Shown here piece after piece: positions 45,088-57,139 of a DNA stretch of 64,000 bases. The notes below the pieces were generated by a model. The model saw nothing but the letters and a program-made list of their open reading frames with translations, was not told the DNA's origin and ran no database searches. Origin of the DNA: Neodothiora populina. Taxonomy: Eukaryota. The stretch covers positions 496,001 through 560,000 of the forward strand of contig NW_027191410.1 of the NCBI RefSeq assembly GCF_041146345.1, in the 5' to 3' direction. The position numbers and the translations under genes were made by a program. The first letter of the stretch is position 1. Every line of letters starts with the position of its first letter.

Positions 45088-48075
45088 ATGGGATCTGCAT
45101 ACGATGAGAGTCGTCTGCACTCGACTTCCAACCATCACCATTCCTCGTGGCCCTCGAATCAGACCTCGCTGCGCATCCTCAAATACCTACACTTTGCCTA
45201 TCCGCTGATCCTCTTGGCCTTTTTCATCACCACATTCACCGCACACAGTATAATCTCCGCCAATCGCGCTCACAAAAAGAGCGTGCAAGATCAAAATCAG
45301 ACCACCGATGAACACACGGGCCCTGGTGGCAAAGCACTGCCCAAGAAGACGGGAGCGAACGCAGCCAATGACAAGAAGAAGGTATTGGATTTCAGCCGGC
45401 CGAGGAAGTTGTTGTTTGAATGGCTCGCATTGGGTGCCGCCCTGACCTTTGTCGGGAACGCCATCACCGTGGTCACACATGCCCTCTTTTCCAGGGAAGA
45501 GCAGTGGTGGTGTGGACAAGCTGTAGTCATATACATCGTGGGCTCCTTCATGGTATATGCGCTCATCCTCATCTCTCTTCTTGATTCAACCCCTTCGCCA
45601 ACATGGGCCCACGCCTCGTCATGGGCGCTATGTGCCGTCATGGAGATCATGCTCCTCGGCGCATCCATTGCCCTGTACTCGCATAAGCATCACGAACCCA
45701 CTGTCGAGGATCCGGATGGTGGAGAATTGGAAAGGGGCATGACTGAATGGGAGATTACTGAGGTTACCCTGGATCTGGTCCGCATTGTTCTGCTTCTGGC
45801 TCTGGTCGCATTCTATGGGCTGTTCGTCGGACTCCAGGCAAGGAAGCAAAAGAAGGAGGCAGCTTCTGCTGAAGAAACCACCAGCTTGCTCTCGGAACAT
45901 GGCGCGGAGAACGGAAGTGCCAATGGAACCGCCAATGGGTACGGCGCAACCCACGCCAATGGCACTGCTCAACCCAAGAAACCTGCAGATGCACCCGCAG
46001 GCTGGGAGAAGCCCACTACCACTCCGTCAAGGAGCTGGTGGGAGTATATTAAGGGTTACTCCATGTTCTTTCCATATCTCTGGCCCTCAAAGGACCGCAG
46101 GCTGCAAATCGTCGTTGTCATTTGCTTCATCATCATGATCGTCCAGCGTGTCATCCAGGTCTTGGTTCCCTACCAGGCCGGTGTCATCACGGACGACTTG
46201 TCTGGCGATAAAGAAGGTATGCCCTGGAAGGCCATATGCCTCTACATTTTATACCGTCTGCTGCAAGGCAACAATGGCATCCTCGGAGCCCTGCGGTCCA
46301 TCATCTGGGTTCCTGTGGGTCAGTACTCGTTCCGAGAGCTTTCCATTGCTTCATTCGAGCATGTGCACAGCCTGAGCTTGGACTTTCACTTGGGCAAGAA
46401 GACTGGAGAAGTGCTGTCTGCGCTCGGCAAAGGCAATGCGATCAATAACTTCCTGGAATCCGTCACCTTCCAAGTTTTACCAATGCTGGTCGATCTGTGT
46501 GTGGCCATTGGATACTTTTTGACCCTATACGACGTCTACTACGCTCTCGTTGTTGCCGTCGTCACATTCTGGTACATATACCTAACCATCCGTATGGCCC
46601 AGTGGCGAGCCGAGATTCGGCGACAGATGGTGAACTCTGACCGCGAGGTCGATGCCATCAAGAATGACTCGATGGTCTCATACGAGACCGTCAAGTATTT
46701 CAACGCTGAAGAGTACGAATTCAACCGCTACCGCGAAGCAGTCACCAAATATCAGAAGGCTGAGTATTCGGTTTATCTTTCCCTCAACTTCATGAATGTC
46801 ACGCAGAATCTGGTCTTCATGATTGGCCTCATGATTTCGTGCTTCATTGCCGCCTACCAAGTCACAACCGGACAATTACAAGTCGGCAAATTTGTCGGTT
46901 TACTTACATATATGGCACAATTGCAAGGCCCGCTGAATTTCTTCGGCACCTTCTACCGAATGATTCAAAGTGCCATGATCAACTCAGAGCGTATGCTCGA
47001 GCTTTTCAAGGAGCAACCCACCGTTGTGGATCAGCCTGGCGTCATGACCCTGTCCGCCTGCCAGGGTGATATCCGATTCAATGATGTTCACTTTTCGTAC
47101 GACACGCGAAAGCCGGCATTGCACGGACTTGATTTCCACTGCAAGCCTGGCACCACCACCGCACTTGTCGGAGAGTCTGGTGGCGGCAAGTCAACCGTGT
47201 TCCGTTTGCTTTTCCGTTTCTACAATGCCGAGAGCGGCACCATTCAGGTCGATGGACACGAAGTCACCGACGTCTCTATCGATAGCGTAAGAAGGCATAT
47301 CGGAGTTGTACCACAGGACACGGTTCTTTTCAACGAAACCTTGATGTACAACCTGAAATATGCAAACCCAGCAGCGACCGACGAACAGGTCTTCGACGCT
47401 TGCAGGGCTGCTTCCATCCACGACAAGATCCTCAGTTTCCCCGATGGCTATAACACCAAGGTCGGCGAACGCGGTCTCCGACTCTCCGGGGGTGAAAAGC
47501 AGCGTGTGGCCATTGCTCGCACCATTATCAAGGACCCCCGTATTATCCTGCTGGACGAAGCTACTGCAGCTCTCGACACAGAGACAGAGGAGCACATTCA
47601 GGAAGCATTGCTGACTCTTGCATTGGGTCGTACGATGCTAGTCATTGCCCATCGTCTTTCCACCATCACCATGGCGGACCAGATTCTTGTTCTCCACGAG
47701 GGTCGTGTGGCTGAGAGAGGCTCTCATCAAGAACTGTTAGATATGAAGGGCCGCTATGCAAGCATGTGGCGCAAACAAGTGCGCGCTCAGCGTGCAGCCG
47801 AGGAGGCTAAAGTGCTCAAGGACAAGGCCGATCGATTACGGCGTGAGAGCCGGAGCGGCGACCATCCGGGTACTGAATCGGGCGATAACAGCGCTAGTAG
47901 CTCCGAGGACGAACGGGGTGCGATCAAAAAGGTACAAGGGATGCAAGTGTTTGTGGACTCAGTACAAGCAGCGCCGCAAGAACTGGCCAAAGCGCAGCCA
48001 GCCGCTGTTGCTCCATCGGCGACTGCATCAGCACCGCCACCGGAGGATGGTGGAAACCCACCTGGGCATCCTTGA
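45088..48075 (+). CDS. HMT1: Heavy-metal tolerance ABC half-transporter (HMT1/ABCB6-like)
   Basis: Intronless 995 aa. N-terminal TM extension, ABC TM domain (HSLSLDFHL.KKTGEV, NDSMVSYETVKYFNAE, PLNFFGTFYR), Walker A GESGGGKST, LSGGEKQ signature, Walker B IILLDE, IAHRLST. Confidence 0.94.
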   Translation: MGSAYDESRLHSTSNHHHSSWPSNQTSLRILKYLHFAYPLILLAFFITTFTAHSIISANRAHKKSVQDQNQTTDEHTGPGGKALPKKTGANAANDKKKVLDFSRPRKLLFEWLALGAALTFVGNAITVVTHALFSREEQWWCGQAVVIYIVGSFMVYALILISLLDSTPSPTWAHASSWALCAVMEIMLLGASIALYSHKHHEPTVEDPDGGELERGMTEWEITEVTLDLVRIVLLLALVAFYGLFVGLQARKQKKEAASAEETTSLLSEHGAENGSANGTANGYGATHANGTAQPKKPADAPAGWEKPTTTPSRSWWEYIKGYSMFFPYLWPSKDRRLQIVVVICFIIMIVQRVIQVLVPYQAGVITDDLSGDKEGMPWKAICLYILYRLLQGNNGILGALRSIIWVPVGQYSFRELSIASFEHVHSLSLDFHLGKKTGEVLSALGKGNAINNFLESVTFQVLPMLVDLCVAIGYFLTLYDVYYALVVAVVTFWYIYLTIRMAQWRAEIRRQMVNSDREVDAIKNDSMVSYETVKYFNAEEYEFNRYREAVTKYQKAEYSVYLSLNFMNVTQNLVFMIGLMISCFIAAYQVTTGQLQVGKFVGLLTYMAQLQGPLNFFGTFYRMIQSAMINSERMLELFKEQPTVVDQPGVMTLSACQGDIRFNDVHFSYDTRKPALHGLDFHCKPGTTTALVGESGGGKSTVFRLLFRFYNAESGTIQVDGHEVTDVSIDSVRRHIGVVPQDTVLFNETLMYNLKYANPAATDEQVFDACRAASIHDKILSFPDGYNTKVGERGLRLSGGEKQRVAIARTIIKDPRIILLDEATAALDTETEEHIQEALLTLALGRTMLVIAHRLSTITMADQILVLHEGRVAERGSHQELLDMKGRYASMWRKQVRAQRAAEEAKVLKDKADRLRRESRSGDHPGTESGDNSASSSEDERGAIKKVQGMQVFVDSVQAAPQELAKAQPAAVAPSATASAPPPEDGGNPPGHP

Positions 48076-48590
48076 GATCATCGCCACGGTTTGGGACAAG
48101 CGGTCCCGAACTGCACTCCTGTAAAGCTACTAGATGATGGGCTAGGTTTTGTTCTTTCTGGGAGGTTTACCTTGTCGGAACTCACTAGGGTGTATTTTTG
48201 AAGTTCGACCTTTTTTTCGCCGTATCCTCTTTTCTTCCTCTTGCCTCCGTGTCCATTTATTTTCGGCTTGGATTTGTCACACATGGCTCTGCTTCGAGTA
48301 AACAGAATCGCAAAAAGCATGGTCGGTGGTAATCTGCTTTTTCTTGCTACGCTTGTGGGCGGGTTTTCCTTTCAAGGAACACTCGATAATGGAAACCGTT
48401 CAAGTGGGCTATCGTGTTTGCAAAGGAGGGTGGTTTCATTTCTCACACTCTTCCTCACGTCTTTTAGCGGGTCGTTCTTCGTTCTAGCATGTGTGGATAT
48501 ATAGCGATTTAATGCAGTCCTCCATTCATATGATCCAGCACTCGACGCTGCGACGTGCGTCCTCCCGTCTTGTATTCTCGTGGATAGTGT

Positions 48591-48636
48591 GCTGCTGCTG
48601 CTGCTGCTACTGCTACTGCTACTGCTACCGCTACCG
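48591..48636. repeat. Compound microsatellite (GCT)n-(GCTACT)n-(GCTACC)n
   Basis: gctgctgctgctgctgctactgctactgctactgctaccgctaccg downstream of HMT1. Confidence 0.85.
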
Positions 48637-49239
48637 TAAGACGTATGATTGTAATAGTCCCGTTGGGAAGCATTGATTTGTTTCGAAACATGTCTATACC
48701 CATAGAAGCATTCACAGCGAAACTACATATCCAGAATGAAATTGACCCCATCATCCAACCCCACAAGTACGATCAAACCAAGCAGATACGATCTCAAGGA
48801 CTTCGCCCACACTAGTATCTGCTAGTCATCAAAAGACGACAAGACGATGCCGCTTCCCCAGTATCTCGACTCGCTACATAATGTTCTTGTACAGTAAGGT
48901 AAGGTACCTTACCGTCTTCAGGTAGAAGGATGATATGACGCTGATGTGCAGACCTCTTGGCGTGGGGCAGCAGGGCCCTTTTCCCCGCAGAAAACAACTC
49001 TCGACACTCCGCGCCGAAAGATGCAGAGAGGCAGAGAAAGAAAAAAAATACTGTAATTACCTGGCTTCGATTGCGCTTAACTCCGGGGTGTATACAAATC
49101 CACCTACCTTGTTCAATTAATCCATCTCGCACAACGACCACCCTTCTTATTCGAGACATATATAAAGCAGGAGGCATCGAGCGATCACACGACAAGAAAG
49201 ACACATATCCACACAACCAGGACCGGAAGAGGCAAAAAG

Positions 49240-49736
49240 ATGGCACAAGGCACAGTCAAGCAAAAGGTCGTCGAGCCGAAAAAGTACGTTTTCATCCAAT
49301 GAATCGGACACAGAAAGACCGCGCGAAACAAAACCCCCCTCCTTTGGCCCACCAACACGTCAAGAAGAAAAGCTTCATCATTGGATGTGTTTTTTCCTAA
49401 TCTGTCATGAACCCTCCAACAGGAGAAAAGACCCCGGCTCCTCGCGCGGCGCGCGTATCGTCAAACCCAAGAAAGCAGCGCTCGTCAAGCAGAATAATCT
49501 CAAGAAGGTAATCCTTCCCCTGCCTCCTTGCTCTCCCCTCTCCCTCTTCTTACCTGCGCTTCTGTACCAAGCTGACGACGAAAAAAAAGAAACATTCAGC
49601 AGGCCTCATCTCGCTGACGGAGAAACGCCTCGCCGAGCGCGCGGGCCATCTTGAGATGATCAAGGGTGGAAAGAAAGAGAGAGATGACAAGGCTAAGGCT
49701 AAGGCTGCTGCGTTGAAGAATATGGGCAGGAAATAG
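49240..49736 (+). CDS. Small basic DUF2462/UPF0390 (C19orf53-like) protein, missed by the ORF track
   Basis: Exons 49240-49283, 49423-49507, 49590-49736 give MAQGTVKQKVVEPKKRKDPGSSRGARIVKPKKAALVKQNNLKKKHSAGLISLTEKRLAERAGHLEMIKGGKKERDDKAKAKAAALKNMGRK. The MAQG start and AGHLE motif are characteristic. Confidence 0.85.
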
Positions 49737-50711
49737 ATTTGAATTCTGCTTTAGGGGGGTAACAGGAGGAAGAGAAAGGGGGTGGTGGTCATGAGTTGGG
49801 ATAAGAGGAGGCTGTTTTCATTGGTTTGAAAAGGCAGGAAACGGATTTCTTCGTCGCAAATTGAGGGTTCGAAGGCTTGTTCGGGCATGAGGGGGCATAG
49901 CGTTGGCGTTCACGTGGTTCATTTCATTACTGGCGTTATGGGTTGTGATGAGTGTGCAACTTCGGTCTCGTAAACATTCATACTGCTGTTCTACCGTAGT
50001 TACAAAACCACGGAGCTGCCAGATCGGATATGTCACGTCTCCAGTTCCGAGTGCGTTGTTGCGATCCAGGCGTTAACGAGGAGTGTTGTGTCCTAGGGCT
50101 TGCAAGTTCACGAATGGAATTCGATGCTGTCTTGAGTAAGTTTGTCACTGAGATTACTATATGACAATCCAAACGATCGAGTGTATACAGCACTACCCTA
50201 TGTCGACAAGCCCTATTGACTAGTGTCCTTCGCATGGTTTCTGTTCATACTATCCTGCTGCATCGTGTATATATCACTATCTGTTCACGTCTTTCAACGG
50301 GCACATCAGTAGCACAATGACTCAAGTCATATGTACAACACTATGTCCATAAGTACGTACAATGATAAGCCTCGTACAGAACCCTAATTAAGTCTTGTAG
50401 ACTTGCAGTTGTACTCATCAGGGAAGACTGACCCTCTACATCGACGGTCCATCACACTCGGACCTGAGTCGCAGACCAGAGAAGATCGTGGTCGCGCCCT
50501 CTGAGGCTAAAGAATCAACCGTCTGAGACTAGCCTGACATCACTGCCGTGGCCAACTACAGGTCCGGACACATTCGATGCTATCTGGCTGTTTCGTGCTC
50601 TGGACAAGCTACTCAGAGGGCCATGCCGCAATGATGAATCCAAAGAATGTACGGCTTCCCGTCAATATCGGGAATTGTCCCGCCTTTATAGCTGCAGATC
50701 TACAGATCTCC

Positions 50712-51584
50712 TCAGATCCGCAACCTTTTGCCAGCATTATCGTCTCCAGCGTCCAGTATCGAAGCCGTGGCCGGTGGGATTTGCAAGAGGGCCCTGGTTT
50801 TAGACCACTTCCAGCCCTCTCGATGAGCCGTGTCGAGCAGACCCTGCGTCGTGGTCTTCCACGCTTTAGATCTACCTTCGAACGCAAGGCCATCGAACTT
50901 CATCGTCGCGTCTTCAAGGGTCTGCGCGTCTACACTCCATCCAGCAGCCATATAGACCTTTTTAATACCAAGCTGGACCAACAGCGTCTGGTGCTTGCCA
51001 CACGATTCAGCGCTGGCGACTGCACGTTCCAGCTCCTGGGCTGGGGGTTGTCTGAGTATAAGGCCCCATCCTGTGCTTTCGCGATACGGTATCCACTCGA
51101 GATTGAGCAGCTTCTCGGTCCATTGGCCCAAGAGCTCCTTCGGCGCGCAGGAGGGCAAAGAGTCATAATCAGAGCCCTTCTCCGAGGTTGACCAAGATAT
51201 ACATTCGCATGTCTCCATGTCGTAGATCAACACAATTCCGCTTTTGGCAGGATTTGTCAGGACAATTTGGGTGCTTTTCACCATGGGAGAACCCTGGAAA
51301 AGGGGATCCCGTGCCCAGTCCAAAAAGTCATCATCTAGGTAAGATCGAGGCTTTGTTCCATCTGGAAGTATGGCGAGATCTTCACAGTCTACTGAGAGGT
51401 ACGGCAGTTCTCTTACCAACGATATCATCTCGTCGCCGAAGCCCTGCTCACGAGCAGCTTCTGCGTCGACATTTGTGTGGCCATTGCGAGGAGGCTTAAT
51501 CACATGAGATGACTTGATGTATTGCAGTGCTACGAGAGTCTCATAGTAGGTAGTGAGGCAACTGATAAAGTCTTGATGGCTCAT
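50712..51584 (-). CDS. Hypothetical 290-aa fungal protein
   Basis: Uninterrupted ATG-initiated ORF with globular composition (YYETLVALQYI..PP..GH..LVRELPYL; LLNLEWIP; IKKVYMAAGW). Function not recognised. Confidence 0.7.
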   Translation of the reverse strand: MSHQDFISCLTTYYETLVALQYIKSSHVIKPPRNGHTNVDAEAAREQGFGDEMISLVRELPYLSVDCEDLAILPDGTKPRSYLDDDFLDWARDPLFQGSPMVKSTQIVLTNPAKSGIVLIYDMETCECISWSTSEKGSDYDSLPSCAPKELLGQWTEKLLNLEWIPYRESTGWGLILRQPPAQELERAVASAESCGKHQTLLVQLGIKKVYMAAGWSVDAQTLEDATMKFDGLAFEGRSKAWKTTTQGLLDTAHREGWKWSKTRALLQIPPATASILDAGDDNAGKRLRI

Positions 51585-53629
51585 GTTGGAAATGAAGCAA
51601 GTCTCAGATGAATATCAGTATGGCTTTTTGAAGCCATGCACAATTGAAGTGAGAATCCGGAGTATCCTTTCTCCGATCGATGCACATATCTACCCGCATA
51701 CCTGCTACCAGACAACATACTCATCCTTTGTCTACTTCCATTCTTTGCTTGTATAGAGAACTTGCAGTGTGTCAGAGTCTGCCATGACACGAGTAACCTC
51801 GAGAAACGTTTATGCCTTCGCATACTGCAGACAATACAAGTACCTAGCAGCACCAAGACGGTTTCCATCATCTCTTCTACTCGCCCACAAGAGCTTGGCC
51901 CCAGTGTTCATGTGGGGTAAGACATACGTACTGCACATGCAATACTCTGGAGCGAAGAGATCGAGAATGATCCATTTTGAGTCGATTCAGACGAGTCCAG
52001 CAGTATCGGCAACGGCCGCTTTTCTACTTCGAAAAAAAGTTGGAAAACCATATTTCCCAGAAGTTTGGTTTATTAGTGTCACACCAAGACCCATACTACA
52101 GGTAAGCAACAGAGTCAGGCACTCGATTGACAATTTCGGTATAGACGCCATGATTTCGTATTCGATCGGCCAGATGCAATATTGGTTTTTTGGGACCTTG
52201 CTCGTCCTTAGATTAAAGATTCCCGTGGTCGTTTAGCCCATCTCGCCCATGACGTTTTGCTATATCCACATTCGACCTGCGTCATACACGTTCCACCTGT
52301 GCTTGAATACAATCTTCTGCTTCGGGCGATGATCCTTGGTGGTGTGCATGACGTTTTCCCTTGATTTGGCAGTCCTGGACCTCCGCCCTGTTGGGTTTTA
52401 ATATAACTTATACTTCCAAACAGGTTACATGGCTGTAGCGGACAGTTGATTCATGGCGTGATTTTGTCTGTCGATGGATCTGTTCGGAGCATCTTCCGCG
52501 CATCGAATATTGCACAGCCACAGCTCGAGTGCCAATCTGATTGCATAAGGTAGTTAGGGCTTGAGCATTGTACAAGACACACGGAATTGGAATGCTTCGT
52601 GTGTGTGCATAAGGTACGGTGTGTAAGCTCAATATTTGGTTCCCGTTCAAGTGCTCTGCCAGTCAATCTGTTTGCGCGGAGGGCAACCCTGGTCATAACA
52701 ATCCCAGTGAAGTTCCATTTCTACCAGGGCGACAACAACGTGGACTCTTTCATGCATTGACATATATCTGCGATTACTTGATTTACAATGCCATACTCAG
52801 TCTGCGTGATTGCCATGTTGTAATGTGAGAACTCGTCATTCAATCTATATTATATCTGGATTTTCCCAGTGGTGTGACAGCAGGACCACTTATTTAAGAC
52901 ATGTATTTTCAAGTCATCAAAAAAGTGCGTCCTTCTCAGTAAGCACGCTCATTTCGCGAAAACATAATAGACAATTCATCGTAGTGTACTCCAAAAATTT
53001 AGAACAGGGTATCACCATACTCGCACTACGCAAGGACCACGTCTTGGGCATAGTAGTAGTAGACATAGAGTGCAAGAACGCAAAAATTGCAGCTTCTGTG
53101 GATCGAACACAGTACCTCCAGATACCGCACAGAATGCTTTGGACCAAAGTAAACTTCAGTCTGGCGCTCTCCCAAGTGAGCTAAAGCTGCCGTTCATGAA
53201 TTGACTGAGATTGAAGATGTATATAAATCGATAACAGCGAGACGTCAACGCTCAAAGACGGATCCATGCTCAGAATCTACGATCTGGAAAAGAACGCGCA
53301 AAGCTTAGCTCACACGAGGCGTCCTCCAGATCGACAGGATCTGCACACCCTTACCTTACTCGAATTATCGGCCGCGGGAAGTGTAAGGTTGTTGCATAAG
53401 GTAGACAGGGAAGTGGCCACCCTTTGCACTAATGCACTACCTCGTCCCGAGGGAGCCAATCAGGCACAGGGATGTGTGTGGCGCTGTCGAAAACCACGTG
53501 GACTCGCAAGTGTCCGCCAAAAAACTCTCAAGCTGCAAGCACGTTATGGACTGCAAAATAGCGAAGACTCGACGTGAATAACAGTACAGCGATACGAACT
53601 TGATTACATAGGGGCCAAAATGTGATCGC

Positions 53630-53723
53630 TGCCCCCTGACAGAGTCGAACTGGCGACCTCGACATATCGTGCTGCTATCGCTAGCTTACTAGTGTCGCGC
53701 TCTACCAACTGAGCTAAAGGGGC
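53630..53723 (-). tRNA. tRNA-Thr(AGT) with ~21-nt intron
   Basis: GCCCCTTTAGCTCAGTTGGTAGAGCGCGACACT-AGT-A[intron]ATGTCGAGGTCGCCAGTTCGACTCTGTCAGGGGGCA. 73 nt when spliced, TTTT downstream. Confidence 0.93.
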
Positions 53724-54027
53724 TTCGATATCGACACGACGACACTGATGGCGCTATATTCTTTGCAGTGCTCTCGGATTATCATGTGCAATTACAATCG
53801 ACAGTATCTGCCTGTTGTGATGTTGAATTCGCTAAGATGTAGGAAAGAATTATAGAATAATGAACAAATGATTGTTCGCCCCGCCCATGGATTTCGCAAC
53901 GCCAGCGCTAAAGTGCTCGAACAACATCTCGTCTCCATTGCTCCCACTCATCGGAGGCTCTGGGTTCTTCGACTTCCGGCTGGATGTCCTCAGCAGCTTT
54001 TGATCTTTGAGGAATCTTCCAACGGAG

Positions 54028-55590
54028 TCAGGCGGTCTGTGTGCTGCGCCCATCGATAGTGTCGGAGATCCCAGCTCTTGAAGTTTTCTGCAAGGGTGAT
54101 GGCCCTGAGGAAGTATCATGAAGCGAAAGCCTACCCGTGTCCTCAGAGGATGGTCCCATTGTAGCGCGCATTTGCTCAGCATGCAGACGTGAAGATCCAG
54201 TGATGGGGCCTGTTGGCGCGTAAATTCGTAGGCCATCATCTCGCGGATCCTCCGAGCCAAAATAGAATGGTTCAGTCTGACCAGTGAATTCGCTGTATTG
54301 CTCGAGTACTGGCGGGTGAATCCAGGTGGTCTCAGTTGTCGGTACACCGGCAGCCGACATGTATTCCTTGTACTGGCCCTCGTCTCCATGGAATTTGCGA
54401 GCAGAGAACCTGATCGGTCCACGTATTGGCTCAGTCTTCGAAACGTTCTCGACAATGGCCCAAGTTCGGTGGTATGGTCCTGTTCGTCCCGGGATCTCGT
54501 CCTCTGTGATCTCGATTTTGCCACCTTTGCCATCAGGCACGAAATGTCTTGCAGGCAGGACCTCAATGTCAATGATAGGAAGAATGCGATGGTACACATC
54601 GTGATAGTGTATCTCCCTTGTCACAACTTCCTCGCGGATATGGTGCACTTCACGATTGATGGTGTTGTGAGTCACCGCAGGAGCCCATTTCTCCTCCACA
54701 TTGGTGTCCATGGTGTTGCTAAGATCCACGACACCTTCAAGTGATGGTGGCTCAGCAGCATCTTCAACGATGAAGCGCCTATCCGTTGAGCCAACAGGTG
54801 CTTCCATGTTTCTTCGTGGTGTTTCAGCTGAAATCGGCACACTTCCAAGACTGCCGGTTGCTTTCAAGTCTGGTGAACTCGTCTTATGTTCAAGATGATG
54901 ACCATTTGCTGTTGCTAGTTTTGGGTCCTTAACGGCCTTCCTAGAAATAGACTCGCGCCTGCCGTCTGGGACAACAGATTTTGGAACATTGTCAACAAGT
55001 CGCTCACGTGCAGGAGCTCCAGATCTAGCCGCAGAAGTTCTTTGAGCGTGTCTGTCACCATCTTTGTTGAGCTGCAGTGGCGCTGGAACCGCGCTCGAGT
55101 GGTCGTTCCTATGCCCCTGGGTGATATTCCAGTCGGCAACATCCTCCGAGTAGCGACCTTCCCGTCCGCTCCCAGGGAGTCGACTTGATCCCACTACATC
55201 TTCGCTTCTGCGCACCGCTTTGCCATTGGTGGTTGCGGTGTTGCGCTGGTCAGCGTCGGACAAACTTCCGGAAGGATTTGCGGGGTTGCCTCGGTCTATC
55301 CCTAATGCATTATGTGAGTTGGATGATGTGGGAGATGAGCTATTATCATGTCCTGTACACGGTATAAGTCTTTGGGATTTTCTTTTCCAATGCATAATAG
55401 ATAGTATAAAGAACTGACTTGAGTCTGACAATGGCCTGTGACCAGAGCGGGGACTGCTGTTGTGTCTGGAGTCCTCATGGCGGTTGGACTGAACAGTGTA
55501 CGTTGACTGACGCTTTGAATCCGGTGAAGCTGGGGGTGATTCATCGTGGTCAAGGTGCAGCGCCTTCTTCAACTTCTCACGGAAAGGCAT
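54028..55590 (-). CDS. Hypothetical protein with His-rich 'PAVTHxTI..EIH..VLP' domain
   Basis: 520-codon ORF including a likely in-frame 66-nt intron (55418-55353, GTCAGT..TACAG). Disordered N-half, then GVVDLSNTMDTNVEEKWAPAVTHNTINREVHHIREEVVTREIHYHDVYHRILPIIDIEVLPARHFV. Confidence 0.82.
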   Translation of the reverse strand: MPFREKLKKALHLDHDESPPASPDSKRQSTYTVQSNRHEDSRHNSSPRSGHRPLSDSSQFFILSIMHWKRKSQRLIPCTGHDNSSSPTSSNSHNALGIDRGNPANPSGSLSDADQRNTATTNGKAVRRSEDVVGSSRLPGSGREGRYSEDVADWNITQGHRNDHSSAVPAPLQLNKDGDRHAQRTSAARSGAPARERLVDNVPKSVVPDGRRESISRKAVKDPKLATANGHHLEHKTSSPDLKATGSLGSVPISAETPRRNMEAPVGSTDRRFIVEDAAEPPSLEGVVDLSNTMDTNVEEKWAPAVTHNTINREVHHIREEVVTREIHYHDVYHRILPIIDIEVLPARHFVPDGKGGKIEITEDEIPGRTGPYHRTWAIVENVSKTEPIRGPIRFSARKFHGDEGQYKEYMSAAGVPTTETTWIHPPVLEQYSEFTGQTEPFYFGSEDPRDDGLRIYAPTGPITGSSRLHAEQMRATMGPSSEDTGRLSLHDTSSGPSPLQKTSRAGISDTIDGRSTQTA

Positions 55591-57139
55591 CGTCGCAATA
55601 TGCCTGCGCTTGAGAGTTGAGCTTTAGGTAGAGCTTCAGAAGCAGTGAAGATCGATCCACATGGGAGCCGTGAAAGACCCAATGGTTAGAGATACTAACC
55701 TTGGAAGGTATAATAATTGTGAGCTTGCATGATGTCACATGTACAAAGATGGCTAGATCCAAGCAGAACATCTCAAGCTGCATAATCCTCGCAATGTTGC
55801 ACACTTGCCTCCGACCACTGACAAGTTTATTTTCATGGAGGTTCAAGCCACACGAGGCCTGGTCCCATCGCAATGCGCCTCCAAGCGCAGTCGCAGATTG
55901 CAAGTAGTTTAGCCCCATGTAACGTAGCGCATGAGTGTGTAGCTAGACTCTCTAAGGTACGAGGGACGCTTCCAGGCATGCCATGGCGCAACGCTGAGCG
56001 TGTCATGAACGGCAACACCGAGCAGGCTGTGCTCGGGCCGCGAAGGGGCGTAATGACATCAAAATGTCACACACAGCATCTGAAGCTCAAGCTCAAAGGC
56101 CCACTTCTCCAACGATGCAAGGAGCAATCTCGACAGACCTCAGTAAATAGGTGGACCACCGATAAAAGCCAATCAGACTGCACACGTCACCACTCATCGC
56201 CAGGGGAATCAGCGGATGAGCCAACGGCGTGGAAGTACTGTACTGCAGGTGGAGGCGCCGATGAAGCAGGGAATGGGATCAGACTAGAGACAATCTGACA
56301 TATGATAGTGTTTACAGCGTAAATGCTGAATTATGCCCGGCTTATGAAACATATATCGCTGCTCTAGGCAAGCTTTGGGTGATCTCCCGCTTGTGGCAGA
56401 TCACTCGACATGGCTCCTCGGCGTTAATCTACGTGATCGACGGGCTTGCAGTAAGACCCCTAAGCTGGACGTCTGCTGAAGAACTCTCGGATCAAAAGAC
56501 GCATCGTCACGAAAACATGACCGTGCTGCTGTGAGAAACAGGGCAGGCAGGTTTGGCCAGATTTCGTGTTCGGAGTATAATGGTGACGCTGTCAGCACAT
56601 ATCCACGGTGCCTGTGGGTCATCCTGTCATTTGGATCCACTCTTCAGACTAAGCAAAGTACCTTTGAATGAGGGCTTCTCTGCATCACACCAGGGCGCAA
56701 CGTGTACTGGTACAGGCTGGACATGTTGCCGTTGGCGCACGGGTAGCAGCATGAGCGGGGTTGTCCTAGCTCCCAGTAGCCTTCTTGCCTCATGTAGCAC
56801 ATTAGCCTCACTTCTCCCCACGAGGGTGATCCATTGGAAAACTTGGCATCGCTACAACTATGAGATCAGAGTCCAGGATCGATTGAGTCTGGAAGTCGAT
56901 TCCACGGTGATGAGACCTGCGCCACATCATGCTAAACGCAAAATACCGCTCCTGCCGCTTGAGTCCACTATCACGCAAATTACGTAGTTGATGTGGAGGT
57001 CCGCATCTGGAAAGATACATAAGGCACCTTCTGCAGGACTGACTTTCTCCTTCATCAACATCAAACCTCAATACCTTGATACCAATACCAAGTGTTTTTC
57101 TTCGAAATCTTCAATTAACAGTTGCACTTTATCATCACA

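Noticed and set aside
50577..51191. 204-aa plus ORF
   Set aside because: Antisense to the more protein-like 290-aa minus ORF.
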